From contig NC_086101.1 in the NCBI RefSeq assembly GCF_963921235.1, positions 4,094,001-4,158,000 of the forward strand: DNA of 64,000 bases. Direction: 5' to 3'. Within the stretch, counting starts at the first letter, position 1, and each line of letters begins with the position of its first letter. Positions 23,601-35,834 of this stretch are shown piece by piece. Both the position numbers and the translations under genes were made by a program. The notes beneath the pieces are model-generated. The model saw only the letters and a list, made by a program, of their open reading frames with translations, made no database searches and was not told the DNA's origin. The DNA is from Mobula hypostoma. Its lineage: Eukaryota.

Positions 23601-25240
23601 TCAAAGGCCTTACTGAAGTCCATGTAGACCATATCCACTGCCTTCCCTTCATCCACTTTCCTGGTAACCTCCTCGAAAAACTCCAACAGATTGGTCAAAC
23701 ATGACCTACCACGCACAAAGCCATGTTGACTCTCCCTAATAAGCCCCTGTCTATCCAAATGCTTGTATATTCTGTCTCTTAGTACTCCCTCCAATAAATT
23801 ACCTACTACTGACGTGAAACTCACCGGCCTATAATTTCCCGGATTACTTTTCGATCCTTTTTTAAACAACGGAACAACATGAGCCACTCTCCAATCCTCC
23901 GGCACTTCACCCACAGACAGCGACATTTTAAATATTTCTGCTAGGGCCCCCACAATTTCAACACTAGTTTCCTTCAAGGTCCGAGGGAACACTCTGTCAG
24001 GTCCCGGGGATTTATCCATTTTAATTTTCCTCAAGACAGCAAGCACCTCCTCCTTTTCAATCTGTACAGTATCCATGATCTCACTACTTGATTCCCTCAA
24101 TTCCATAGATTTCATGCCAGCTTCCTTAGTAAATACAGATGCAAAAAACCTATTTAAGATCTCCCCCATTTCCTTTGCTTCCGCACAAAGCCGACCACTC
24201 TGATCTTCAAGAGGACCAATTTTATCCCTTACAATCCTTTTGCTCTTAATATACTTGTTTAAAGCTCTTTGGATTATCCTTCACTTTGACTGCCAAGGCA
24301 ACCTCATGTCTTCTTTTAGCCCTCCTGATTTCTTTCTTAAGTATTTTCTTGCACTTCTTATACTCCTCAAGCACCTGATTTACCCCCTGTTTCCTATACA
24401 TTTCATACAACTACCTCTTCTTCTTTATCAGAGTTGCAATATCCCTTGAGAACCAAGGTTCCTTATTCCTATTCAATTTGCCTTTAATCCTGACAGGAAC
24501 ATACAAACTCTGCACTCTCAAAATTTCCCCTTTGAAGGCTTCCCACCTACCAATCACATCTTTGCCAGAGAACAACCTGTCCCAATCCACGCTTTTTAGA
24601 TCCTTTCTCATTTCTTCAAATTTGGCCTTCTTCCAGTTCAGAACCTCAACCCTAGGACCAGATCTATCCTTGTCCATGATCAAATTGAAACTAATGGTGT
24701 TATGATTACTGGAACCAAAGTGCTCCCCTACACAGACTTCTGTCACTTGCCCTAATTCGTTACCTAACAGGAGATCCAATATTGCATCCCCTCTAGTTGG
24801 TCTGAGGCTCAGCTTGCAACGAGGCTCAGCTTTCTCTGGTGCGTGTTTTGCATGAAACTGAAGTACCTGTGACTACTTGGAGTCTTGTAGCCCAACAACA
24901 ATCCTGTCTCTAATGAGCTCATCTCTCAGATTCCCATATGCACAGTTGTCTGACAGGGCTTGCAATGCTGTGATGAAGTCATTTCAGTTCCATCTGGCTC
25001 CTGTTTTCTGGAGTTAAACTTCGCCCTCTCATATATCACATTTGCTTTCCTGCGAAATAATACTTGCATTTTTTCCTGCACCGTCTGTACTCACTTTTCT
25101 GAGCATCTGTCAGCCCTAGTCCACCGATGATGTCGTCTGATTTGTGACCCATGCGGTATATCAGTGTGTTTGCTTTGTTCTCTTCTGAAGCTTGAGTGAC
25201 GTTGCTTGCAACTCTGAATCTCTCAGAGCAACAGAGCCAT
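20640..25240 (-). mobile_element. Fragmented Gypsy element: pol RT/RNase H (~20640-21700, 22236-22450) and gag (~24800-25240), split by CR1
   Basis: VAFASRALTPTEQRYAQI.KE.LA, KVKSELEKME..DII, and EENKANTLIY.MG motifs. Confidence 0.8.
22451..24800 (-). mobile_element. Young 5'-truncated CR1; ORF2 nearly intact (23501-24169 and 22526-23497 are separated by one in-frame stop)
   Basis: Complete RT motif set and (ttctatggt)n-type tail. Confidence 0.95.
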
Positions 25241-25342
25241 CTCTGTGCGGGGACTATCAGCGGCGGCAACTAAGCTCAATGAGGGAACGCTCACAACACG
25301 CTGGAGGAACTCAGCAGGTCGGGCAGCATCCGTGGAAACGAT

Positions 25343-25380
25343 CAGTCAACGTTTCGGGCCGGAATCCTTCGTCAGGACTG
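25343..25380 (-). ncRNA. Minimal type I hammerhead ribozyme motif (stem II mismatch)
   Basis: cagtc-CTGACGA-aggattccggccc-GAAACGTT-gactg. Confidence 0.65.
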
Positions 25381-26163
25381 TAGGGGGAAGGGGCAGAGGC
25401 CCTATAAAGAAGGTGGGGGGAGGGTGGGAAGGAGAAGGCTGGTAGTTTCCAGGTGAAAAACCAGTAAGGGGAAAGATAAAGGGGTGGGGGAGGGGAGGCA
25501 GGGAGGGGATAGGCAGGAAAGGTGAAGAAAGAATAGGGGAAAACACAATGGGTAGCAGAAGGAGGCGGAACCATGAGGGAGGTGATAGGCAGCTGGGGGA
25601 GGGGGCAGAGTGACATAGGGATAGAGGAAGGGAGGGTAGGGAATTACCGGAAGTTGGAGAATTCTATGTTCACACCAAGGGACTGGAGACTACCAGACGG
25701 TATATGAGGTGTTGCTCCTCCAACCTGAGTTCAGCCTCATCATGGCAGTAGAGGAGGCCATGTATGGACATATCCGAATGGGAATGTGAAGCAGAGTTGA
25801 AATGGGTGGCTACCGGGAGATCCTGTCTGTTGTGGCGGACGGAGCGGAGGTGCTCGACGAAGCGGTCCCCCAATCTGCGTCGGGTTTCACCGATGTAGAG
25901 GAGGCCGCACCGGGAGCACCGGATGCAATAGATGACCCCAACAGACTCACAAGTGAAGTGTTGCCTCACCTGGAAAGACTGTTTGGGGCCCTGAATGGTG
26001 GCAAGAGAGGAGGTGTAGGGCCAGGTGTAGCACTTACGCTTACAGGGATAAGTGCCGGGTGGGAGATCCATGGGGAGGAACGTGTGGATCAGGGAGTCGC
26101 AGAGGGATCAAACCCTGCGGAAAGCGGAGAGGGGTGGAGAGGGAAAGATGCCCCTTGCCTCTT

Positions 26164-26201
26164 CAGTCCTGACGAAGGGTTCCGGCCCGAAACGTTGACT
26201 G
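26164..26201 (+). ncRNA. Minimal type I hammerhead ribozyme motif
   Basis: cagtc-CTGACGA-agggttccggccc-GAAACGTT-gactg: paired stem I, GGG/CCC stem II, palindromic ACGT helix III. Confidence 0.78.
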
Positions 26202-26309
26202 ATCATTTCCACGGATGCTGCCCGACCTGCTGAGTTCCTCCAGCGTGTTGTGAGTGTTGCTTTGACCCCAGTATCTGCAGAATATGTTGTGTTTAAGCTC
26301 AGCGAGGGA

Positions 26310-29300
26310 GTGTTTTCGCAGGTCAGAGGCAGTGATTTAAAACGAGAGCTTCGTGGGCGTTAGTCCATTGTGCAGGGCCTATCAGCGGTGGTAACTGAGC
26401 TCGAATAACTAAATAAAAGTACAGGAGGGATAAGCGGAACGGCCATTGTCAGGGCGGCCATTGTCAGGGCGGCCATTGTCGGGAGTAGGCCAGTGGCGAG
26501 AGTAGAAGTGACAGGCTTTTGCTCATTCTGGCTTTGGCAAAAGCGGGCTTCAGCAAGGTAAGTGGGTGTGGACTTCGTTTTTGATTTTTCTTTGCTTTTT
26601 TTTGAGGAATAAAGAGCATGTTGGTAGGGTTAGTATTTTGCTCTGGGTGTCGGATGTGGGAATCTCCTAGTCTCCCAGATGGCCACATCTGCGCCAAGTG
26701 CACTGAGATGCAGCTCCTGGGAGACCGTGTTAGGGATCTGGAGCTGCGACTCGATGACCTGCAGCTCATTAGGAAGAGTGAACAGGAGACAGAGAGGAGC
26801 TACAGGGAGTCAGTCACCCCGAGGCTGCAGGAGTTACATAAGTCAGGGAAGCGAGGGAAAGAGCTCAGATAGTAGAGAGCACCCCTGTGGCCATCCCCCT
26901 CAGTAATCATTACCTTGGTTTGGATGCTGTTGAGGGGGGTGACCTGACAGAGGACGACCATGGCGATGGGGTCTCTGGCACAGAGCCTGGTTCTGTGGTG
27001 CAGAAGGGAAAGAGGAAGATGAGGAATGCGGTAGTCATAGGGGATTTCATAGTGAGGGGAACGGACAGGAGGTTCTGTCAGCCTGATAGAGATACCCGCA
27101 TGGTGTGTTGCATCCCAGGTGCCAGGGTACGGGATGCCTCGGATCGGGTGCAGAGTATACTGAAGGCAGAGGGTGAACAGCCAGAAGTCTTGGTACACGT
27201 TGGTACCAATGACACAGGTAGAAAAAGGGAGGATGTCCTGAAGAGAGAATTCAGGGATTTAGGTAGGAAGTTGAAAAGCAGGACCCCCAGGGTAGTAATC
27301 TCAGGATTGCTGCCTGTGCCACGTGCTAGCAAGTGCAAGAATATCATGATCAGGTGAATTAATGTGTGGCTGAGAGACTGGTGTAAGGGGTAGGGATTCA
27401 GATTCCTGGTTCACTGGGGACTCTTCTCGGGGAGGTACGACCTGTACAAAAAGGACGGGTTACACCTGAACCCAAACGGGTCCAATTTCCTAGTGGACAT
27501 ATTTAATAGAGCTGTTAGGGAGGGTTTAAACTAATTTGGCAGGGGGATGGGAACCAGAGTGATAGGGTTGAAGAAGGGGAAAACAGAAATAAATCAAAGA
27601 TAACGTGCAACAGAGATTATAGAAAGAACAGGCAGGAGATGAAGCATAATCACAGACAGTGGCATGAGTTACAGGGCAATAGAGGAATGGTGCAGATAAA
27701 ACAGAATGCAACAAATACTGGACTGAAAGTGTTATATTTGAATGCACACAGCATAGGGAATAAAATAGATGATCTTGAAATTCAGCTACAGATTGGCAAG
27801 TATGACATTGTGGCCGTCTCTGAAACTTGGCTAAAGGATGGCTGCCATTGGGAGCTGAACGTCCAAGGATATACGGTGTATCAGAAAGATAGGTCAGTAG
27901 GCAGAGGGGGTGGTGTGGCTCTGTGTATAAGAAATAATATTAAATCGTTGGAAATAGATGATATTGGATTTGAAGGTGTATGGTCTCTATGGGTTGAGTT
28001 GAGTTGTAAGGGTATAAGGACCCTAATGGCAGTTGTATACAGGCCTGCAAACAGCAGCCAGGATGTGGATTACAAAATACAGCAGGAGGTAGAAAAGGCA
28101 TGTCAGAAGGGCAATGTCATGATAATCGTTGGGGATTTTAACATGAAAGTGGATTGGGAAAACCAGGCTAGTACTGGACCTCAAGAGAGAGAATTTGTAG
28201 AATGTCTAAGGGTGGCTTTTTAGAACAGCTTGTTGTTGAGCCCACTAGGGGATCGGCTGTGCTGGATTAGGTGTTGTGCAATGATCCAGAGGTGATAAGA
28301 GAGCTTAAGGTTAAGAAACCCTGAGGGAACAGAGATCGCAATATGTTCGAGTTCACATTGAAATTTCAGAGGGAAAAAATAAAATCCAATTCGGTGAAGT
28401 AAAGGAAATTACAATGGCATGAGAGGGGAACTGGCCGAAGTCGACTGGAAAGGAACATTACTAGGAAGGACAGCAGAGCAGCAATGGCTGGAGCTTCTGC
28501 GAAAAATGAGGGAAGTGCAATACAGATATATTCCAAATGAGAAGGAATTTTGAAAGGGAAGAAGGACACTACCATGGCTGACAAGTGAAGTCAGAGCCAA
28601 AGTAAAAGCAAAAGAGAGGGCATACAAGGAAGACAGAGCTAGTGGGAAGATAGAGGATTGGGGAGCTTTTAAAAACTTGCAGAAGGAAACTAAGAAGGCC
28701 ATTTGGAAGGAAAAGATGAATTATGAGAGGAAGCTGGCAACAAATATCAAAGAAGACACTAAAGGTTTGTAAGTATATAAAGTGTAAAAGAGAGCCGAGG
28801 GTAGATATAGGACCAATAGAAAATGACGCTGGAGATATTGTAATGAGAGAAGCAGAGATGGCGGAGGAACTGAATGTGTATTCTGCATCAGTCTTCACAG
28901 TGGAAGATGTCTGCAGTATATGGCATTCAAGAGTGTCAGGGAGATGAAGTATGTGCAGTGAAAATTATGACTGAGAAGGTGCGCAGGAAGCTTAATGGTC
29001 TGAGGGTGGATAAATCTCCTGGACCTGATGGAATGCACCCTCGGGTTCTGGAGAGGTTATGGAGGTATTAACAATGATCTTTCAAGAATCGATGGATTCT
29101 GGCATTGTACCGGATGACTGGAAAATTGCAAATGTTACTCCGCTATTTAAAAAGGGTCGGAGGCAGCAGAAAGGAAACTATAGAACTGTTAGCCTGACAT
29201 TAGTGGTTGGGAAGTTGTAGGAATCGATTCTTAGGGATGAGATTATGGAATACCTGGACGCACATGACTAGATAGACCAAAGCCAGCATGGTTTCCTGAA

Positions 29301-30561
29301 AGGAAAATCCTGCCTGCCAAACCTACTGCAATTCTTTGAGGAAATTACAAGCAGGGTAGACAAAGGAGATGCAGTAGACATGGTGTACTTTGATTTTCAG
29401 AAGGCTTTTTGACAAGGTGCCGCACATGAGGCTGCTTAGCAAGATAAGAGCCCATGGAATTACAGGGAAGTTACTAGCCTGGGTGGAGCATTGGCTGGTC
29501 AGCAGAAAACAGAGTGTGGGAATAAAGGGATCCTATTCTGGCTGGCTGCCGGTTACCAGTGGAGTTCCACAGGGGTCGGTGTTGGGACCTCTGTTTTTTA
29601 CAATGTATGTCAATGATTTGGACTACAGTATTAATGGATTTGTGGCTAATTTTATCGATGATACAAAGATAGGTGGAGGAGCAAGTAGTGTTGAGGAAAC
29701 AGAGCCTGCAGAGAAACTTAGATAGTTTAGGGCAATGGGCAAAGAAGCAGCAAGTGAAATACAGTGTTGGAAAGTGTATGTTCACGCACTTTGGTGGAAG
29801 AAGTAAATGGGCAGACTATTATTTAGATGGGGAGAGAATTCAAAGTGCAAAGATGCAAAGAGACTTGAGAGTCCTTGTGCAGGATACCCTAAAGGTTAAC
29901 CTCCAGGTTGAGTTGGTTGTGAAAAGGGTGAATGCAATGTTGGTATTCATTTCCAGAGGTATAGAATACAAGAGCAGGGATGTGATATTGAGGCTCTCTA
30001 AGGCTCTCGTGAGACCACACTTGGAGTATTCTGTGCAGCTTTGAGAAAGGATATACTGACATTGGAGAGGGTTCAGAGAAGATTTACAAGAATGATTCCA
30101 GGAATGAAAGGGTTACCGTATGAGGAATGTCTGGCAGCTCTTGGGCTGTATTCCCTGGAGTTCAGGAGAATGAGGGGGATCTCATAGAAACATTGGGAAT
30201 GTTAACAGGCCTGAACAGATTAGATATGACAAAGTTATTTCCCACAGTAGGGGATTCTAGGACAAGAGGGTACTACTTCAGGATTGAAGGATGTCTTTTT
30301 AGAACTGAGATGTGGAGAAATTACTTTAGTCAGAGGATGGTAAACCTGGACTTTGTTGCCACCAGCAGCTGTGGAGGCTAAGTCATTGGGTGTATTTAAG
30401 GCAGAGATAGATAGGTTCTTGATTATCCAGGGCATCAAACGGTATGGGGTGAAAGCAGGGGAGTGGGGATGACTGGAAGAATTGGATTAGCCCATGATTG
30501 AATGGCAGAGCAGACTCAATGAGCCAAATGGCCCACTCTTGCTCCTATATCTTATGGTCTT
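26310..30561 (+). mobile_element. Near full-length but mutated CR1: 5'UTR, ORF1 (~26618-27530, esterase), ORF2 (~27690-30450, APE plus RT)
   Basis: CSGC..W...HICAKC, HVGTND, YLNAHS, ETWL, GDFN and RT motifs; cttatggtctt tail. The 5'UTR likely begins near 25245, before the Penelope insertion. Confidence 0.92.
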
Positions 30562-30698
30562 GTCTCTCAAAAATCCCTTGGTTTCGAGAAATCAATTGTC
30601 ATCAGGGGCTTTAGAGACAGTTTATGTACTGCAGGTATTTGAACCATTTTCCTGTTTGCATGTTTAGTATTTTATTTTGTTTGGACTACAAAAATCTT

Positions 30699-30702
<4 letters not shown>

Positions 30703-30730
<28 letters not shown>
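30703..30730. repeat. (CT)n microsatellite
   Basis: Pure tc run. Confidence 0.9.
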
Positions 30731-30734
<4 letters not shown>

Positions 30735-30831
30735 ATTTGACTGACTTCTCTACTCTGTCTGTGTCTCTGTGCATTTCCCCAGGCTAGTAGCCCACAGATT
30801 ATTACAGTGTATCAATTCCTGTGTGCAGTTC

Positions 30832-31297
30832 CATAAGATCATAAGATATAGGAGCAGAAGTAGGCCATTCGGCCCATTAAATCTGCTTCGCCAATCATGA
30901 GCTGATCCAATTCTTCCAGTCATCCCTACTCCAGTGCCTTCTCCCCATACCCTTTGATGCCCTGGCTAATCAAGAACCTATCTATCTCTGCCTTAAATGA
31001 GTTGGCTTCCATAGCCGCCCGTGGCAACAAATTCCACAGATTCACCACCCTCTGACTAAAGTAATTTCTCTGCATCTCAGTTCTAAAAGGACATCCTTCA
31101 ATCCTGATTCATGCCCTCTTGTCCTAGAATCCCCTACCATGGGAAATAAGTTTGCCATATCTGATCTGTTCAGGCCTTTTAACATTCGGACTGTTTCTAT
31201 GAGATCCCCCCTCATTCTCCTGAACTCCAGGGAATACAGCCCCAGAGCTGCCAGACATTCCTCATATGGTAACCCTTTCATTCGTGGAATCAGTCTC
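30832..31297 (-). mobile_element. CR1 3' end, inverted relative to the preceding CR1
   Basis: MKGLPYEECLAALGLYSLEFRRMRGDLIE and 3'UTR. Confidence 0.88.
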
Positions 31298-31480
31298 GAA
31301 GGCTTTACCTAGCAACGATGGTCAGGGCTAAGCTCATTTAGCAAACCAGCACAGACAGTATAGGTTGACAGATCACTGAGATATTTTTCACAGATATGTA
31401 CAAATGAGAACAGTCTTACTGTAAATTCTAACTTGTTGGGGATGTACTTTGGTTTGTAACATGTATTTATCAATGATCAA

Positions 31481-31649
31481 CCATTTCTGGCACCATGTTG
31501 TGTTCAATAATGAAGGATAGTACAGAGGGACACCCGGAGGTCAGCATGCCGACTATTCAACTGAACTTCATTGACATTCTGCTTTTACAATATGTGAAAT
31601 GTTTCTATGTGAGAGTGGTATAGGAATAACACTATCAACTACCACTACA
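31481..31649 (-). mobile_element. Gypsy 5' LTR (31496-31649, 154 bp) plus primer binding site (31481-31495)
   Basis: Minus strand TGTAGTGG...ACAACA immediately followed by TGGTGCCAGAAATGG (tRNA-type PBS), pointing toward the minus-strand gag and pol pieces. Confidence 0.75.
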
Positions 31650-31650
31650 A

Positions 31651-31992
31651 GGATCAGTAAGAATCAGGATCGGAATCTGGATCGGGATCAAAGTTGGAAT
31701 CAGAATACAGATCAGTATCAGCATCACAATCGATCTCTGGATCAGAATCGGGACCTGTGATCACGATCCGGATCAAGTTCAAAATCTGAATTAGAATAAG
31801 ACTCAGAATCTAAATTGATATCTGGACCAGATCAGAATTAGAATCAAGGTCAGAGTCATGGTCAAGATTGGGATCGGAATCAGAATCAGGTTCTGGGTCA
31901 GAATCCTGGTTCAGGATCAGAATAGGAATCAGAATCAGGATTGGGATCGGGATCCTGACCGGGTTCTGGATCAGGCTCTGGTTCTGGATCAT
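31651..31992. repeat. Second block of (GGATCA/GAATCA)n satellite
   Basis: Same unit and strand orientation as 13730-14620. Confidence 0.9.
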
Positions 31993-32004
31993 TTCTGAAA
32001 ATGC

Positions 32005-33290
32005 AAGCACACAACATCAACCGATTCCTCTTTGTCTATCCTGCATGTTATTTCTTCAAAGGATTCCAATAGACTTGTCAGGCAAGATTTCCCCTTGAGG
32101 AATGAATGCTGACTTTAGCCTACTTTATCACATGCTTCCAAATAACCCTAAACCACATTCTTAATGATCTTCCCAAACACTGAGGTCAGATGAACTGGCC
32201 TATAGTTTCCTTTCTTCTGTATCTCTTGCTTTCAGAAAGAGAAGAGTGACATTATTTCAAATTTCTAGTCCTCTGGAACCATGCTATAATCTACTGATTC
32301 TTGAAAGGTCATTACTGATGCCTCCACAATCTCTTCAGCCACCTCTTTCAGAACTCTGGGGTGTACACCATCTGGTCCAGGTAACTTATCTGCCTTCAGA
32401 CTTCTCAGCTTCCCAAGAACCTTCTCTCTAGTTATGGTAACTTCACACACTTCATGCCCTGACACCTGGAACTTCCACCATTCTGCTAGTGTCTTCCACA
32501 GTGAAGACTGTTGCAAGGTAATTATTCAGTTCATCCATTATTTCCTTGTCTCCCATTACTACATCTCTAGCCTTGCTTTCCAGTGGTCCAATATACATTC
32601 TCGTCTCTCTTTTACACTTTATGTATCTGTGAAACTTCTGGTACACTCTTTAATATTATTGGCTATCTTACTTTTGTATTCCAACTTTACCTTCTTAATG
32701 ATTATCAGTTGCCTTCTGTTGGTTTTTAAAAAGCTTCCCAAACCTCTAACTTCCCTCTATTTTTCGCTCTATTATATGCCTTCTTTTTGGTTTTTATGCT
32801 GGCTTTGACTTTTCTTGTTAGCCACAATTGTGCAATCTTTCCATTAGAATACTTGTTTGTCTTTGGGATGTATATCCTGTGCCTCTCGAGTTGCTTCCAG
32901 AAATTCCAGCCATTGCTGCTCTGCCATCATCCTTGCCAGTGTTCTTTTCCTATCAATGTTGGCCAACTCCTCTGTCATTGCTCTGTAATTCCCTTTACTC
33001 TACTGTAATACTGATAATATGGGCTCTTGTCTTGTTCAGCAGCCTCATCTGCAGTACCATGTCAAAAACCTGTTTGCATTTACCCTATCTATACCCCTCC
33101 TAATTTTGTATACCCTGATCAAATCTCCCCTCGTTCTTCTATTTTCAAGGAATAAAATCCTAATTTTAATCTTTCCCTGTAACTCTGGTCCTCAAGTCCC
33201 GGCAACACCTTGAAAATGTTCTCTGCAATCTTTCAATTGATATCATTCCTGTAGGTAGGTAACCAGAACTGAAAACAAGACTCCAAATGA
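32005..33290 (-). mobile_element. Degenerate CR1 ORF2 fragments
   Basis: DK.PGPDGVHPRVLKE and other linker/RT remnants. Confidence 0.75.
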
Positions 33291-33622
33291 GGCAAAGTCA
33301 AAGTGAAAGTTTCATATAGCTGAACCAGTGAGGTGGTTGATGGGTCTGCATCTGAAGAAGATGCAGATAGAAGGGTGAACACATCGAGAAGCACAAAGGA
33401 AGCACCCGAAGAAACAAGCTGTCAAGTGAGAGGAAAATGTGACAATGCTGAAAACTTAAATAAGTAAGAAACAGAAAGCACAGGGGATCCTCGGCAGGTC
33501 TGCCTGCATCCATAGAGGATCAAACACAGTGACCTGCCCAGAGCCGAGATGAGAGTGTGAACGACAGTGCGAAGGAAGGCTGGATTGCGGAGAAGTCCGA
33601 AACTCCTCAGTACCGCACTTAC

Positions 33623-33747
33623 CGGTGTATTATCCTGTGCGTATATTTGCGGGATCTCTATGTTAACGTGCCACGGATGCCTTTTCCGAAAGGTGGCCTG
33701 GGGGTTCTCATCGGCCACTCCACACAGATTGCCAAGTGTAGAAAAAT
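33623..33747 (-). CDS. CFB: Complement factor B/C2 family exon (vWA-SP linker and SP start), (D)FSTLGNLCGVADENPQATFRKRHPWHVNIEIPQIYAQDNTP
   Basis: Acceptor ttctgttgctgcag, donor CCG|GTAAGT; 125 nt, phase 1->0. LCG...PW motif is typical of Bf/C2. Confidence 0.9.
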
Positions 33748-33884
33748 CTGCAGCAACAGAAGTGCTGGTTCAGCTTTGGTCTTCAGATTCAGATTGGACC
33801 CTGTGTCACAAGTGTCTCCACAATCCAGCCCGCCACATTAATCAGAACAAAACTACCACTACGGCGGCACACCAGTTAGCTTGA

Positions 33885-34110
33885 GGCATAGGAGATCAGT
33901 TCTGACAGCATCTGAAAGGAGTCTGTGACCATGTGGGTTTCCTCAAGGTGCTCCACTTTCCTCCCACGGGACAGGGATGTACCTGTTAGTCGGCCAACTG
34001 GTCACTATCAGTTACCCTGTGACTAGACGAGGGTTAAATCAGTGTGTTGCTGGGTGGTGTGGCTCATTAGGCTGAGAGGGCCCTTTCCCTTCTTTGTCTC
34101 TAAGTAAAGA
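33885..34110 (+). mobile_element. SINE with V-SINE-like core
   Basis: gtgggtttcctcaaggtgctccactttcctcccac core. Confidence 0.6.
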
Positions 34111-34245
34111 AATCAAACACAGACCGATCAGCTACATAACAAGCTATGAACCCAATGGTACAGGTGTAATGCTGAGGGTTTACATGGCATTGGTCAGACC
34201 TCACTTGGAGTATTGTGAGCAGTTTTGGACCCATTATTTATCTAA

Positions 34246-35140
34246 TGTGACGGGATCCTGAATAACACCTATGAACTGTGCTTTTCGACTGTCACTTTAA
34301 GGCATTGGAAGTAACTTTTGGATTTCTGCTGAGTCGGAGAGAGAGATGGCGCCAAGCAGCTCGTAAGTTGCTATGGTGACCAAAGGCGATGTTATTTGAT
34401 GGACACTCGATGTTATGATTTTCTGCAGCGTGTTGATACTTCCCAAGGACATAGCATGCTTGTACATTTCTTACACAGACAAAGGAAGGAGGAGTTATTT
34501 GAGTGTCAGTTGGTGCTCAGCACAGGAAGATAAAAATAGGAGGTCAGATCATACACCTCAGACACATGTTTTGGACATTGAATGAGCTTTGTTGTGCCCG
34601 CAGAAAAAGTTGGTTTTTGGAGGATCAATCAGGTGGATCGATCAGTCGCTCTTGCAGTGAAAAGGAAAGGGGTTGACTGGTGGGGAGTTGTCCATGTGTC
34701 CACCCTCGCCTGGGTGATAGCTCCACCACAGAAAACTGGTCCCCTTTGTTGTGGTCACAGTCGGTGACTTTTAAAGGATTTCGAAGGATAATGAGAAGAT
34801 CGACGGCATCAGCTGACCTGAAGACTCAAATCTCTCCCTCTCTCTCCATCACTACTCAACTCAATACCACGAACTGAACTGAAATTTACTCATCATTGTA
34901 AGACTGTATCTTTTTACCCCAAGACTTAAAGAAGCTTGGTTCTTCATACATATATTTCCACACTTACTGATATACTTACTTATATATATATATAATGATT
35001 GCTAACCTGTTTGATTTATCTACATTTATATTACTGTATTGCATAGTTACTAATAAATATTATTAGTTAATAGCAATACTGGACTCCAAAGTGTTTTCCA
35101 TCTCTGCTGGTTCTTTATCCCCGTCACGGGGTACGTGATA
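34246..35140 (+). mobile_element. Solo LTR, 895 bp, 4-bp TSD CTAA, inserted in a CR1 3' fragment (~34160-35620)
   Basis: TGTGACG...CGTGATA termini (last CA mutated); TSD at 34242-34245 and 35141-35144; 3' part resembles the LTR at 457-1399. Confidence 0.88.
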
Positions 35141-35834
35141 CTAATAAAAGATGTGCTGGCATTGGGCAAGGTCTAGAGCAGGTTCACGAGAATTATTCTG
35201 GGAATGAAAGGGAGTGTTTGACGGCTCCGGGCTAGTACTCGCAGGAGTTTCGAAGAGTGAAGGGGAAGGGTCACCAATTGAACACTGAAGGGCTTAGACA
35301 GAGTGCATGTGGAGAGGATATTTCCTACAGCGAGGGAGTCTTAAGATCACAGGGCACAAGAATGCCCCTTTAAAACCAGGAATGAGGAAGAATTTCTTTT
35401 GCCAGAGGGTGGTGAACCTGTGGAATTCATTGCCACACAGCTGTAGAGGCCGTGTCATCGGATATATTTAAAGCAGAGGTTGATAGGTTCTTGATCAATC
35501 AGGGTGTCAAAGATTACGGGAAGAAAGCAAGAGAATGGAGTTGCAAGGGATAATAAATTGGTCATGGTGGAGCAGACTCAATGGGCTGAATGGCTTAATT
35601 CTGCTCAAAAGGTTTTATGGACTAGTGGTCAGTGATCACCCAGCTACCACTTGAAGCTGTACTGACAACCGACAGAAACCAGTATTGTCAACCAACTCTG
35701 TATCTAACAATAACCTGGTGATCAAGTATTCTCCTTCAAGTAGCACTCAGCACTCAGACACCTCTGGTACCAAACAGCAACCAACTCATTGGGAGAGGGA
35801 TCCGGGCGAGTTGGTAAAATCGACTGGAAAATTA

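Larger units (their letters stand above)
25287..26293 (-). mobile_element. Penelope-like element: GIY-YIG endonuclease end (25670-26071) with inverted pLTR copies, imperfect 16-bp TSD
   Basis: GVIYCIRC..C...YIGETRRRL..RF.EH motif. 25287-25385 is inverted at 26160-26255. TSD taagctca(at/gc)gaggga at 25271-25286 and 26294-26309. Confidence 0.92.
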
